Shown here in pieces: positions 19,015 through 28,490 of a stretch of DNA of 64,000 bases. Position numbers and translations under genes: made by a program. The notes under the pieces were generated by a model. The model was not told where the DNA came from. It saw only the letters and a list, made by a program, of their open reading frames with translations, and did not search any database. Each line of letters starts with the position of its first letter. Within the stretch, counting starts at the first letter, position 1. Origin of the DNA: Anaerolineae bacterium (lineage in GTDB: Bacteria > Chloroflexota > Anaerolineae > UBA1429); contig OY776562.1 in assembly GCA_963675785.1 (NCBI GenBank), positions 544,001 through 608,000 on the forward strand. Reading direction: 5' to 3'.

Positions 19015-20505
19015 CTATTCACCTCCCCAAAGGGCTTTATCGAAACTGACCACAACGCGTGTACCTTCCATCGACAAGAGCTGTAACCTGCCCCTAAGAT
19101 CTCTCTCGACCATGCTCTTGACGATTCTCAGTCCGAGATGGGCGTCAGTATCGAGGTTAAAACCCTCTGGTAAACCTTGTCCATCATCTTGAACTACTAT
19201 ACTTACAGAATCGCCGTGGTCAACTAGAGAAACTTCTACCAAGCCACCCTTGCTATTATCAATGCCGTGTTCTATGGCATTCTGAACCAATTCATTCACA
19301 ACCAAAGAACATCTTGTAGCTTGCTCGGCAGGAAGCCAGATACTTTCTCCTTGGACGGAAAGCCTGATGCTGCTAGAAGGGTCGAGCAGACTTTGCCGAA
19401 TCTGGTGCACAATTCGCGTTGCGATTTCCTTCAAATCAATGGTGCCTGTGGCGCCTTGTGATAGAAATTCATGCACTACCGCTACGCTCTGAATTCTGCT
19501 GACGCTTTCCTCCAGAGCGCTACGGGCCTCTTGGGATTCTACACGTCGGGCCTGCATTTGCAGCAGCGAAGCGATCACTTGTAGGTTATTCTTGACCCGA
19601 TGGTGAACCTCTCGAAGCATGGCGGTCTTACTCTCAAGCTCGCGCTGTGCTTCAAGGGCTTCGGTGGCATCGTGGAGCAGAATAAAGACACCATAGGGTA
19701 CTATACGCCCTCGTATGGGGCGTTTCAACGATCGACGTAGGCGGTTTCTCAGATTGAGTGCCGGTGCATTGATGGGCAGAGATTTGCGTATCCAGGTGAG
19801 GCCGTATTGTTCGTCCTGGCGTTCGTATCCGATAGATTGCCCCAGCGTATGTTCGACCATTTCGGTATCGACAGTAGCCAGTTGGTCTATCGATACGCCC
19901 ACAAGGCTATCTCGAAATCCCAAACGTCGATACATGCTTTGGGCAATACCGCTCATGTATTGGATTCGACGATCCGCGCCTACAAGTAAAAGTCCATCAT
20001 GCTCACCAAAAGGTGTAAGGCTCTCGCGCGGATAAAGTTCGCCACGCAGAACCATGCGCACAAACTCGTTCAAGCCTTGCTGAAATGCCAAACTGCGCCG
20101 TCGATGTCGCTCGTAGGCCAACCAGTATGAATCAGAAGCGAGGACCGCGATAATCTGGCCAGTGTGGTCGCGGACCCGGTAAACTTCTCGTGCTACGGTG
20201 GCGCCCCTTACCGTAACGGTATAAACGATACCTTCTTTGCCGTGGCCTTCAAGCGCATCTAGAATATCCTGGTGTCCACGTGTACCTACATAGACACCCA
20301 CACGGCTCGTCTTGTAGAGGGGGGATACAGAATGCGGCATGGATTGGGCAATCGTGAGCGCCCGGCCGTCCGGACTTTTGGCATAGAGAAGCAAGTCGGC
20401 GCGACACACGTCGGCAAGGATGGACATATTGGCGCACAGCGCCTTCAATCGATTGAACTGAGCTTGATTCAGATCAAGCTTATCAAGCGTATCTTCCCCC
20501 ATCAT
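19015..20505 (-). CDS. Cytoplasmic HisKA_2 sensor kinase (PdtaS-like)
   Basis: N-terminal ADLLLY GAF-like region, PAS, EVHHRVKNNLQ, ELVQNAIEHG, DDGQGLP, HLGLRIV; directly upstream of the ANTAR regulator. Confidence 0.9.
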   Translation of the reverse strand: MMGEDTLDKLDLNQAQFNRLKALCANMSILADVCRADLLLYAKSPDGRALTIAQSMPHSVSPLYKTSRVGVYVGTRGHQDILDALEGHGKEGIVYTVTVRGATVAREVYRVRDHTGQIIAVLASDSYWLAYERHRRRSLAFQQGLNEFVRMVLRGELYPRESLTPFGEHDGLLLVGADRRIQYMSGIAQSMYRRLGFRDSLVGVSIDQLATVDTEMVEHTLGQSIGYERQDEQYGLTWIRKSLPINAPALNLRNRLRRSLKRPIRGRIVPYGVFILLHDATEALEAQRELESKTAMLREVHHRVKNNLQVIASLLQMQARRVESQEARSALEESVSRIQSVAVVHEFLSQGATGTIDLKEIATRIVHQIRQSLLDPSSSIRLSVQGESIWLPAEQATRCSLVVNELVQNAIEHGIDNSKGGLVEVSLVDHGDSVSIVVQDDGQGLPEGFNLDTDAHLGLRIVKSMVERDLRGRLQLLSMEGTRVVVSFDKALWGGE

Positions 20506-20632
20506 GGAACGATTATATCACAAGCGGCATTCATCTTGAAACAAGGGGCGGGCAATATTAGTTTAGATTGTTAGTTGGTAGCACTGTCTGGCACTGGTAT
20601 AATCTGAGCATCTTTTTAGCAGGAGCGTGTAG

Positions 20633-21508
20633 ATGGAGAGTCAACCCCGTCGTTCATTTGGTTATTACCTGGGGCTCGTGTTCAAAGGCATGGGCTATGG
20701 CATGACGCATATTGTTCCAGGCATCGGTGGCGGCATAGTTCTTGTGGTCATGGGCATCTATGAGGATTTTGTCGAGGCCATTGGCAACTTTTTTGTGCGT
20801 CGCGATCGTTGGCGTATCTACATACCGTTCATACTTTGCCTTGGCTTGGGTATGGTCATCGCCATGCTGGCACTCTCTCGGGTTATCACTGATGTGACGG
20901 ACGCTTACCCCGTAGCGACGGCCTTTTTCTTTATGGGCTTGCTGGTGGGCACGATCCCCAGCGTATTCGCGCTACATGATGATATGCGTTTTACACCAAA
21001 ACGAGGCCTGGCCCTTGTCATTGGGTTGGCCATTGTAGTGGGCTTTCGTATTTTGCAGGATCGTGTAGGTGTGCGAGATGCCGGATCTCTTACGGGCGTT
21101 GGCGGGCTCAGCTACAACGCACTAACCAGTTTTGTGGCCGGTGGGGCTAGCGTTACACCCGGGTTGGATGGCACTTATATCTGGTTGCTGGCGGGCAGTT
21201 ATGATGTGATCATTGGGGCCATTAAACAAATCACCGAGCTCAATTTTCAGTGGGGCTTGCTTATTTCAGCCGGTGTTGGTGCGGTGGCTGGCATCCTGGT
21301 GTTCTCTAAAGTCATCGACTCCTTTTTCAAAAAGAGTCCCTCGATAGCGTATTACGCCGTTTTGGGTATGCTGACGGGTTCTGTCTATGGCTTGTGGCCC
21401 ACAGAACAGCGTTCGGAGAACTTGTTCGTGGTCATTGCCTGCTTTGTCGTTGGCACAGCGATCGCTTATTTTATGGGGCGCAAAGAAAGCCAACTGGATA
21501 TCGACTAG
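20633..21508 (+). CDS. DUF368 family membrane protein (undecaprenyl-phosphate translocase family)
   Basis: KGMGYG...VPGIGGG...MGIYE and TPGLDG...LLAGSY internal repeat, FFMGLLVGTIP. Confidence 0.8.
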   Translation: MESQPRRSFGYYLGLVFKGMGYGMTHIVPGIGGGIVLVVMGIYEDFVEAIGNFFVRRDRWRIYIPFILCLGLGMVIAMLALSRVITDVTDAYPVATAFFFMGLLVGTIPSVFALHDDMRFTPKRGLALVIGLAIVVGFRILQDRVGVRDAGSLTGVGGLSYNALTSFVAGGASVTPGLDGTYIWLLAGSYDVIIGAIKQITELNFQWGLLISAGVGAVAGILVFSKVIDSFFKKSPSIAYYAVLGMLTGSVYGLWPTEQRSENLFVVIACFVVGTAIAYFMGRKESQLDID

Positions 21509-21517
21509 CTGCTACAC

Positions 21518-21560
21518 AAAAAAAGACGGGGTCTGAAACATTCAAACCCCGTCTTTTTCT
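21518..21560. terminator. Bidirectional intrinsic terminator
   Basis: AAAAAAAGACGGGGT...ACCCCGTCTTTTT between convergent genes. Confidence 0.85.
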
Positions 21561-21563
21561 TTG

Positions 21564-22412
21564 TTAGTCGTACCATTCCCAGGTAATCACTTGTGACAGC
21601 TCCGCAGTGGCAAAGCTTTCTGGTGCATCGACTTGCAACGACCAGGTGGATTCTTCTCCGGGCTGAATGACGACCGCATCCGCATAGGTGCCGGCTGTGG
21701 CCAAAAAGCCACCGTCGGCATTGAGCAACAAGATGTTGATGCGCACATAGGCCATAGCCTGAGAGGCCTCGTTAGCGACTGCGCCGCTGACTTGGACTTG
21801 GCCGTCTACCAGTTCCCACGTCCAGTCGGTCACCACAGCCTGGGTTACAGCAGCTGTAGCTGTGGCCGTGGCAGCGGTACTATTGCTTGCTGTAGGGGTA
21901 GCCGTAGCAGCGCTTCCTCCTGGCACATAGGGAACGCTAGGGGCGACAGTCCAGGTGGGGGCCGCAATAGGATCGTTCTGGATAGTGGCCGGGGGCTCGA
22001 CTGTCACTTGGTAGGGTGCTGTGGGCTGGGCAGTGCGGATTGAGGCTGGCGTCAGCGTTGCTGAGATAAAGACAGTGGCTGCGGGGCCAGCTAGCCAACT
22101 AAAAGTCGGTGTTGGAGAAAGAGTGAGCGTCGGCGTCGCGAGTGCCCCGATAGTCTCCGCGACGTTAGGCGTTGCTGGCATCATTTTGGGCGTAGGTGAG
22201 GGCATGGCGGATGCTGTGGCAGCTTGGGCAACCTGCCCGGCGGCAATAGTTTGCCCCAATTGCTGCACGCTTTCTAGCGAAGATTCTTCTTTGGGACGCA
22301 TATAGCTATAGCTACAACCAGCCAGAATCAGCACCATCACCAAAAGGGCTGTCATAATCAGCCTTATTGGTCTGTTAATGCTTGTTGTGCTAGAGCGGTT
22401 TCCGCTTGACAT
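21564..22412 (-). CDS. Lipoprotein with Ala/Thr/Pro linker and C-terminal FxLYD-type Ig-like domain
   Basis: LILAGC lipobox; C-terminal VSGAVAN...YVRINILLLNADG...IQPGE..W. Confidence 0.7.
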   Translation of the reverse strand: MSSGNRSSTTSINRPIRLIMTALLVMVLILAGCSYSYMRPKEESSLESVQQLGQTIAAGQVAQAATASAMPSPTPKMMPATPNVAETIGALATPTLTLSPTPTFSWLAGPAATVFISATLTPASIRTAQPTAPYQVTVEPPATIQNDPIAAPTWTVAPSVPYVPGGSAATATPTASNSTAATATATAAVTQAVVTDWTWELVDGQVQVSGAVANEASQAMAYVRINILLLNADGGFLATAGTYADAVVIQPGEESTWSLQVDAPESFATAELSQVITWEWYD

Positions 22413-22480
22413 GCTTACCTCGTTCGTGCATAGTCACACCCAGTTCATACTGTTACAAGTTTAACCACAAGGAGCTCAAC

Positions 22481-23257
22481 ATGGCAAGAACAATTCCCAT
22501 CGGGATGTGCCTCTCCCCCGACAGTGTTCCGGCACTGGCACCTGGCTACGATTATCTCGAGTTTGGCGTTTCCTCGACACTATCGCCATTGACGAGTGAT
22601 GCCGACTTTGCACCAGAAATGGCCAAGATCAAGGCCCTCAAGCCCGTCGTGGGTGCATTCAACCTGTTTGTCCCCGGCGATATTCGTGTAACGGGCCCCG
22701 AGATCGATCAGTGCAAGGTCGAACGCTATGTCGAGAGCGCCATCAAACGCGTTCAAGATGTGGGTGCGGATATCATCGTCTTTGGCAGCGGCGGCGCTCG
22801 TAAGGTGGCCGAGGGCTACAATCGCATCAAGGCCTGGGACGAACTGATCGCTTTCTGCAACCTCGTGGCTGACAAGGCTGCAGGCACAGGCGTGACGGTG
22901 GTCATCGAGCCGCTCAACATGAAAGAGTGCAACATCCTTACCAGCTATGCCGAGGGCGTCGAACTGGCCAAAGAGGTCAAGCGAGACGAGATCAAGGTGC
23001 TGGCCGACATTTTCCACTTTATGATGGACGGTGAGCCGCTCGAAGATATCGTCAAGGGTGCCGACTGGCTCTACCACGTGCACCTTGCCGATACCGGCCG
23101 TCTTTACCCCGGCAGTGGCAGCTATCCCAACAAGGAACTGTTTGATATTCTCCACGATATCGACTACAAGGGCAAGGCATCCGTCGAATGTCGCTGGGGC
23201 GATGACTTTACCGCTGAGAGCGCCAAGGCACTGGCTTTTTTGCGCGAACTCGCCTGA
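22481..23257 (+). CDS. Sugar phosphate isomerase/epimerase (xylose isomerase-like TIM barrel)
   Basis: IVFGSGGAR, IEPLN..E, LADIFH, HVHLAD, SVEC; AAGGAG RBS before ATG 22481. Confidence 0.88.
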   Translation: MARTIPIGMCLSPDSVPALAPGYDYLEFGVSSTLSPLTSDADFAPEMAKIKALKPVVGAFNLFVPGDIRVTGPEIDQCKVERYVESAIKRVQDVGADIIVFGSGGARKVAEGYNRIKAWDELIAFCNLVADKAAGTGVTVVIEPLNMKECNILTSYAEGVELAKEVKRDEIKVLADIFHFMMDGEPLEDIVKGADWLYHVHLADTGRLYPGSGSYPNKELFDILHDIDYKGKASVECRWGDDFTAESAKALAFLRELA

Positions 23258-23268
23258 TCACAACGTTC

Positions 23269-23303
23269 AAACGGCGGACAGATTCAATCTGTCCGCCGTT
23301 TTT
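23269..23303. terminator. Bidirectional intrinsic terminator
   Basis: AAACGGCGGACAGATT-c-AATCTGTCCGCCGTTTTT. Confidence 0.85.
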
Positions 23304-23325
23304 GTTTATAGGAGAAAGGTGTGAC

Positions 23326-23754
23326 TCACGCCCAGGGATCGATAGGCTCGTCGTGAGACCCCAGGGTTTCCGTATCGGTCTCGGTGCTAGATGAGGGTTT
23401 GCTCTTGGGGGTAAAGAGCTCATCGATAAAGCTGCGCACTTTTTCATCGACGGACTGTCCGATGTCTTTCCAATCTGCATCGGGCTGTTCGCCTACCACG
23501 CGCGCCGTACCGCTACGAGCCTCTTGTTCGATCCTTTCCCCGATCGTCTTCCATTCGGCTGATTCGTCCAGTCCGGCAGAGCGAGCAGTGCTCTTGCGAA
23601 CGGCGTCACTATAGCCTTTGCCTATGGTATCCCAATCGGCGTCGTCATCTACTTTGGCCAGGCGAGCGGCTTCACGGCGCACCTGCTGCCCGATTTCGCG
23701 AAGGATGTCGCCCCATTCCTGGGCGCCCGTTCTCTTGTCTTCATTCCCCGTCAT
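23326..23754 (-). CDS. Small protein of four 27-aa repeats
   Basis: AGGAGG RBS before ATG 23754; four [DE]W..I motifs exactly 27 residues apart. Confidence 0.75.
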   Translation of the reverse strand: MTGNEDKRTGAQEWGDILREIGQQVRREAARLAKVDDDADWDTIGKGYSDAVRKSTARSAGLDESAEWKTIGERIEQEARSGTARVVGEQPDADWKDIGQSVDEKVRSFIDELFTPKSKPSSSTETDTETLGSHDEPIDPWA

Positions 23755-23904
23755 TCGTGCCCTCCTGCGGCTTGTGCCGCAATGTGTTCCAGTTCTAACT
23801 TCTATACGCAAAAATTTGGTCTGGGTTGTAAGTAGTAGACGTGATGAACAGCAATGGCTAGAATGGGCGAGCTAATAAAGAGTCTGTATGTTGAGGAGGC
23901 AATT

Positions 23905-24963
23905 GTGGAGAGTGCGCGCCCGCTTCACATCATCAATAGCGTAGCACCGATTCGCGTGTGTGACAATGGCGGTTGGACCGATACCTGGTTCGCCCAGCAC
24001 GGGCGCATCTTTAATATCGGCGTTTATCCCTATGTCGAAGTGCAGATTGCGGTGTACAATCGCGAAGAACGCGATGAGCGCTGTATTCTGCACGCCGAAA
24101 ACTTTGGCCAGCGTTATGCCCTGCACCCCGAGAACGACCGTAAGGAGTGGCTCCATCATCCTCTGCTGGAGGCTGCCATTGATTACATGGGTGTGCCCGA
24201 GGATCTGGCCGTGCAAATCTCGATTTATTCTGAGGCACCCGCGGGCTGCTCCACCGGAACCTCGGCAGCGGTGAGCGTAGCTCTTATAGGTGCGTTGGAT
24301 CAACTCACGCCCGGGCGCATCACTCCCTTGGAGGTGGCCTATACGGCCCATCGCATCGAGACCGACATTCTCGGGCAGCAGTCGGGCATTCAGGATCAAC
24401 TTTGCTCGGCCTTTGGCGGTATCAACTATATCGAGATGTTCGATTACCCTTACGCCGCCGTATCCTCCATCAATGTGTCCAACAGCATTTGGTGGGAATT
24501 GGAGCGGCGTCTTTGCCTGATCTTTTTGGGGAGGTCACATTCTTCCTCGGCGGTGCACGAGATGGTCATTACCGGCTTGCAGGATGCCGGCCCGGATAGC
24601 CCCAAGCTGGAGGCGTTACGGCAAACGGCTGTCGCCTCGCGCAATGCCATGTATGCTGGTGATTTTGCCGCCCTGGGTGCGGCTATGGCCTGTAACACCG
24701 AGGGCCAACGCAACTTACATCCCCAACTCATCAGCAGCGAGGCCCAGCAGGTTATCGATATCGCCCGCGAGTATGGCGCTCTGGGTTGGAAGGTCAACGG
24801 TGCCGGCGGCGAGGGTGGCTCGATCACGCTGCTCTCTGGCCCTTCTATGAGCCAAAAACGGGCTATGGTGCGTGCCATTGAAGAGACTGATCCGCTGTTC
24901 CAGAACATCCCGCTCTATCTCAGTCGCTACGGATTGCGTGTCTGGACGGCGGAAGGGGAGTAA
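23905..24963 (+). CDS. GHMP kinase (HddA/heptose-7-phosphate kinase-like)
   Basis: APIRV..NGGWTD, PAGCSTGTSAA, SGIQDQ..SAFGG, KVNGAGGEGG; GAGGAGG RBS before GTG 23905. Confidence 0.85.
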   Translation: MESARPLHIINSVAPIRVCDNGGWTDTWFAQHGRIFNIGVYPYVEVQIAVYNREERDERCILHAENFGQRYALHPENDRKEWLHHPLLEAAIDYMGVPEDLAVQISIYSEAPAGCSTGTSAAVSVALIGALDQLTPGRITPLEVAYTAHRIETDILGQQSGIQDQLCSAFGGINYIEMFDYPYAAVSSINVSNSIWWELERRLCLIFLGRSHSSSAVHEMVITGLQDAGPDSPKLEALRQTAVASRNAMYAGDFAALGAAMACNTEGQRNLHPQLISSEAQQVIDIAREYGALGWKVNGAGGEGGSITLLSGPSMSQKRAMVRAIEETDPLFQNIPLYLSRYGLRVWTAEGE

Positions 24964-24979
24964 GCTGGAGCTGGGATTT

Positions 24980-25025
24980 AAACGTAAAAAGGGGTATCGC
25001 CTAAGCGATACCCCTTTTTGCGTTT
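24980..25025. terminator. Bidirectional intrinsic terminator
   Basis: AAAAAGGGGTATCGC-ctaa-GCGATACCCCTTTTT. Confidence 0.88.
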
Positions 25026-25034
25026 GGTGTGGTT

Positions 25035-26171
25035 CTAGTGGTGTACGTCATCGGTGATGCGTTTGTCTTCCACATCCTTTTTGACGCTGTTGGCGCGCAG
25101 ATTAGCCAAAAGCGCATCATAGCGGGCGCGGTCGACGGGTACGTTTACGGGCTCGCCAGTGTGTCCCGAAAGGATCATGCCATTGATCATCTCTACGGCG
25201 TTGATACCCTCGATGCCCGGCGAGATGAGCGGTTCGCTATAGAGGATGTGCCGGGCAAAGTTTCGCAGAATAGCTTTGTGTCCGGTCTCGTGCTCTTCCA
25301 GGTCGATGAGCACCTCGTTGCTCTCTGGGCCTCCCCACATCTTGTCGGTGGTGTTGGAGGTGTGGTGTACACCTTCGGGAATCTCCCAAAAGCGCAGGTC
25401 ATCGCCGATGATCTGTAGTTTTCCCTTTTCGCCAGCGAATTCCATAATGTCGCTCTTGGGCCATTCGTTGGTACAGCAATAGGCATAGCCTACGCCGCCG
25501 TTGGGATACTCTAGCAGGGCACAGGCCACATCTTCCACTTCGATCTTGTGATCGCGGGTTTTGGTGATGGCGGTAATGCGTGAGGGTAATCCACCCAGCC
25601 AGGTAAAGCGATCGAGGGCATGGGGCGACTGATTGATCAGCACGCCGCCGCCTTCGCCATCCCAGGTCGCTCGCCAACCGGCTGAATCGTAATAGGCCTG
25701 GCTGCGGTAATCGGCATACACCAGCATGGTGCGGTAAATTTCGCCCAGCCTGCCCTCAGAGATAATTTTGTGGGCTGCCTGCCACACTGGGCCGCAGCGC
25801 GTTTGATGCATCACGCCAAAGGGCACACCGATGCGCTTGGCTGTGGCGATCATGGCGTCTGCCTGAGAGACCGTCACGGCGATAGGCTTTTCCGAAAGGG
25901 CCGGTATTCCCTTTTCCATGGCATAAATGGCGATCTCTGGGTGAAAATAATGCGGCGTGGCGATCATTACCGCATCCACCAGGCCGCTGTCGATGAGGTC
26001 GTGGTAATCGGTGAAATAGGGGATATTGTATTCCTCTCCTACCGCCTCGGCTACCTCGGGTACAATGTCACAGATGGCGGTGAGGGCTACCTCCTCGATA
26101 TCCTGCATGGTTTTGGCATGGCCAGAGCCCATGCCGCCCGTACCGATGATGCCATAGCGCAACTTTTCCAT
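25035..26171 (-). CDS. Gfo/Idh/MocA family oxidoreductase
   Basis: GIIGTGGMG, IATPHYFH, SEKP, GGGVLINQSPH.LD. Confidence 0.92.
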   Translation of the reverse strand: MEKLRYGIIGTGGMGSGHAKTMQDIEEVALTAICDIVPEVAEAVGEEYNIPYFTDYHDLIDSGLVDAVMIATPHYFHPEIAIYAMEKGIPALSEKPIAVTVSQADAMIATAKRIGVPFGVMHQTRCGPVWQAAHKIISEGRLGEIYRTMLVYADYRSQAYYDSAGWRATWDGEGGGVLINQSPHALDRFTWLGGLPSRITAITKTRDHKIEVEDVACALLEYPNGGVGYAYCCTNEWPKSDIMEFAGEKGKLQIIGDDLRFWEIPEGVHHTSNTTDKMWGGPESNEVLIDLEEHETGHKAILRNFARHILYSEPLISPGIEGINAVEMINGMILSGHTGEPVNVPVDRARYDALLANLRANSVKKDVEDKRITDDVHH

Positions 26172-26186
26172 GGTTCCCTCCGTGTT

Positions 26187-27314
26187 CTAGAGCCAACCTT
26201 CGTATTGAGCCAGCAGGCGGGTGTATTCGACGAAATTAGGCCAAGAGATGTCGGGCGGTACGCCGTGGTCGCAACTGGGAATAAAACCGCCATCTTTGAA
26301 CAGAGGGGGGATGATGCGCTCCAACTCGTCGCGTAGCGGTTGGCCCCCTACGGCGATGAGGCGCTTGTCTACACCGCCGCTATAGGCCATGCGTTGGCCA
26401 AATTGCTGCCTAAAGGTCACGATATCATTCTCGGCGGCTACTTCGATAGGGTCGCAGAGGTTAAAGCCCGATTCGATCCAAATGGGGATCAGTTCCTCGA
26501 TATTGCCATCGGAGTCCATGTCGTACACGGCGCAGTTATGCTTGTCCAGTAGTTCACGCCAGGCGATATAGGTGGGCTGCAGGAAGCGACGGGCCATCTT
26601 GGGAGAGATCATGCTGTGTGCCTTGTAGGCCATATCCTCGGACATACGCAGGATGTCGACATCGGTACGGGCTACCACGCGCTCGAATAGGCCCAGGGTG
26701 AACTCTAGCCAGAAATCGGCCATGTCCTGTACAAAGGCTGGATCGGTGACCATGAGCATGCACAGGTTCTCCATGCCCACCCATTCACGCATCTGCCAAA
26801 AAGGACCGTTTACATACATGGAGGTAGGGCGGCCTTCGGCTTTGGCCAGGCGGACGACATCATCCAGGCTGCCGCCGAGGCGTTCGGGTGTGGCCGAATC
26901 AAAACGCACTTTCATGGCTTCCCATTCGTCGCGGGTTTGTACGGGAAAGCGATGCCATTTACGGGTGACGAAATCCTTGGCCTGACGGATGTAGGTATAA
27001 TCGAACTCGTCCGAGATTTCGGTGATGGCACCCATCCAGTCGCGCACGATATAGTGGCCGTCGCGGTGCTCTAGCACCTCTTCTTCGAACTGGGGGATCA
27101 TTTTTGTTTCTACGGGCAGGTTGACGGCGCCTTGAAAGGCCTCTTCAGGGATGCCGAGCAACTCGATCAGTGCTGCCTTGTAGGGTACATTGGCATCCAG
27201 GCCTTGCTTGTGCCATGCTTCCAGGGTCGATTCGCGCGGCCCGCCTGGGCTAAGGGGAACGTGGTCGGGATGCCCAAAGAGCACGGTTTCCAGGTAGCGC
27301 TGCTTGCAGTTCAT
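26187..27314 (-). CDS. Uroporphyrinogen decarboxylase/MtaA-CmuA-family protein
   Basis: GPFWQMREWVGME, EDMAYK...MISP, DSDG, PIEVAA, GGVDK, GGFIPSCDHGVP. Confidence 0.85.
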   Translation of the reverse strand: MNCKQRYLETVLFGHPDHVPLSPGGPRESTLEAWHKQGLDANVPYKAALIELLGIPEEAFQGAVNLPVETKMIPQFEEEVLEHRDGHYIVRDWMGAITEISDEFDYTYIRQAKDFVTRKWHRFPVQTRDEWEAMKVRFDSATPERLGGSLDDVVRLAKAEGRPTSMYVNGPFWQMREWVGMENLCMLMVTDPAFVQDMADFWLEFTLGLFERVVARTDVDILRMSEDMAYKAHSMISPKMARRFLQPTYIAWRELLDKHNCAVYDMDSDGNIEELIPIWIESGFNLCDPIEVAAENDIVTFRQQFGQRMAYSGGVDKRLIAVGGQPLRDELERIIPPLFKDGGFIPSCDHGVPPDISWPNFVEYTRLLAQYEGWL

Positions 27315-28405
27315 TCTTGTTCTCGCTCCTCAACGATATCTTCAGTGGTCCAATCGGCGGCCATCAGGCGGCGGCGCAGGCTTTCAGGTACTTTGCCTGT
27401 CTGACTCAGCACGTGGATGGCCTGATCGGGGTTTTCAAAGGTGAGAGGTTCTATGCCGGGCAGTGCATCAAAAGCGTTTTCGTCTATTTCGGCAGGAGGT
27501 TCATAGCCCAGCAGTCCATTGATGATTTCGCAGCCACTGTCGGCTTCATCGAATAGACTAATGGGCGCGTCTTTCCAGGCGGCTTGGGTGGCGTCAGAAG
27601 AGCCGCTCCAGAGCAACACGGCGCGCCCCAGGCTTTCTTCGGTAGACCAGGGCCACATCGCGATTGGGCTGGCTTCTGGCTCATACAACACCAGCGCTTC
27701 AGCTAGGGCTGTTATAATGAGCAGGCGTGCTGTTGCCGCAGCATCGACCAACTCGGCATCAGGCGGATAGGGGCTGAGTACCAACACCTGCCCTTGATCG
27801 ATCGCTGGTTCCAGTGACTTGAGGAATGGCGCGAACTGGCGAACACCCACGGGTAGTATCAGGATGATAGAGCCGTTGGCTTGCCGGGCAGTTTGTAGTG
27901 CACTGCGATCGATCCCTTTGCCGTATCCGCCCACCAAGGCATATCCTGAAGCGGCTAGTGCCTTAACCATATCGTTGCTGCTGGCCAGCAATTCGCCATC
28001 GGGCTGGCTGCTGCCCATAATAGCCACGGCTGGCTTGGCCAGAATCGACAAATTGCCCCGATACCAGATATAGTACGGCAAGCGCTCTTCGGGCATGCGT
28101 TCGATGAGGTTTTCGGGATAGGCGATATCACTGCGAGTAAGAATGCCAATGTCCTGATGGGCCAGGGCCGCCAGCAGGTCAGCCTGAGCGCTGACATCCT
28201 GCTCGGTGGCCAAAACGACCTGTGCTTCACCCTCTGAGAGCAACAAGGTTTCCGCCAACTGGAGGGCAGACAGGTCATATAGGGCAGCAAGAGGGTTGGC
28301 CTGGTTGAGGCACCACTCGCGAATGATTCTCTTGGCGGTGGCCTTGTGCAGCTTGGGAGCGTTTAGCAGGGCCAACCAATAAGGGGCATCAGGAGACTGT
28401 CTCAT
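27311..28405 (-). CDS. DprA/Smf-like DNA-processing protein (divergent)
   Basis: YPENL, WYRGNL..L.KPAVAIMGS, VGGYGKGID, LVLSPYPP; its stop overlaps the next start (ATGA). Confidence 0.75.
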   Translation of the reverse strand: MRQSPDAPYWLALLNAPKLHKATAKRIIREWCLNQANPLAALYDLSALQLAETLLLSEGEAQVVLATEQDVSAQADLLAALAHQDIGILTRSDIAYPENLIERMPEERLPYYIWYRGNLSILAKPAVAIMGSSQPDGELLASSNDMVKALAASGYALVGGYGKGIDRSALQTARQANGSIILILPVGVRQFAPFLKSLEPAIDQGQVLVLSPYPPDAELVDAAATARLLIITALAEALVLYEPEASPIAMWPWSTEESLGRAVLLWSGSSDATQAAWKDAPISLFDEADSGCEIINGLLGYEPPAEIDENAFDALPGIEPLTFENPDQAIHVLSQTGKVPESLRRRLMAADWTTEDIVEEREQE

Positions 28406-28490
28406 AGTTCCTCTCTCGTAAGATTCGGCGCCATTATAACAGGGTGATGCAGTCCGTCAATAGATGGGGATGGCGGCAAGAGGAGTGGGT

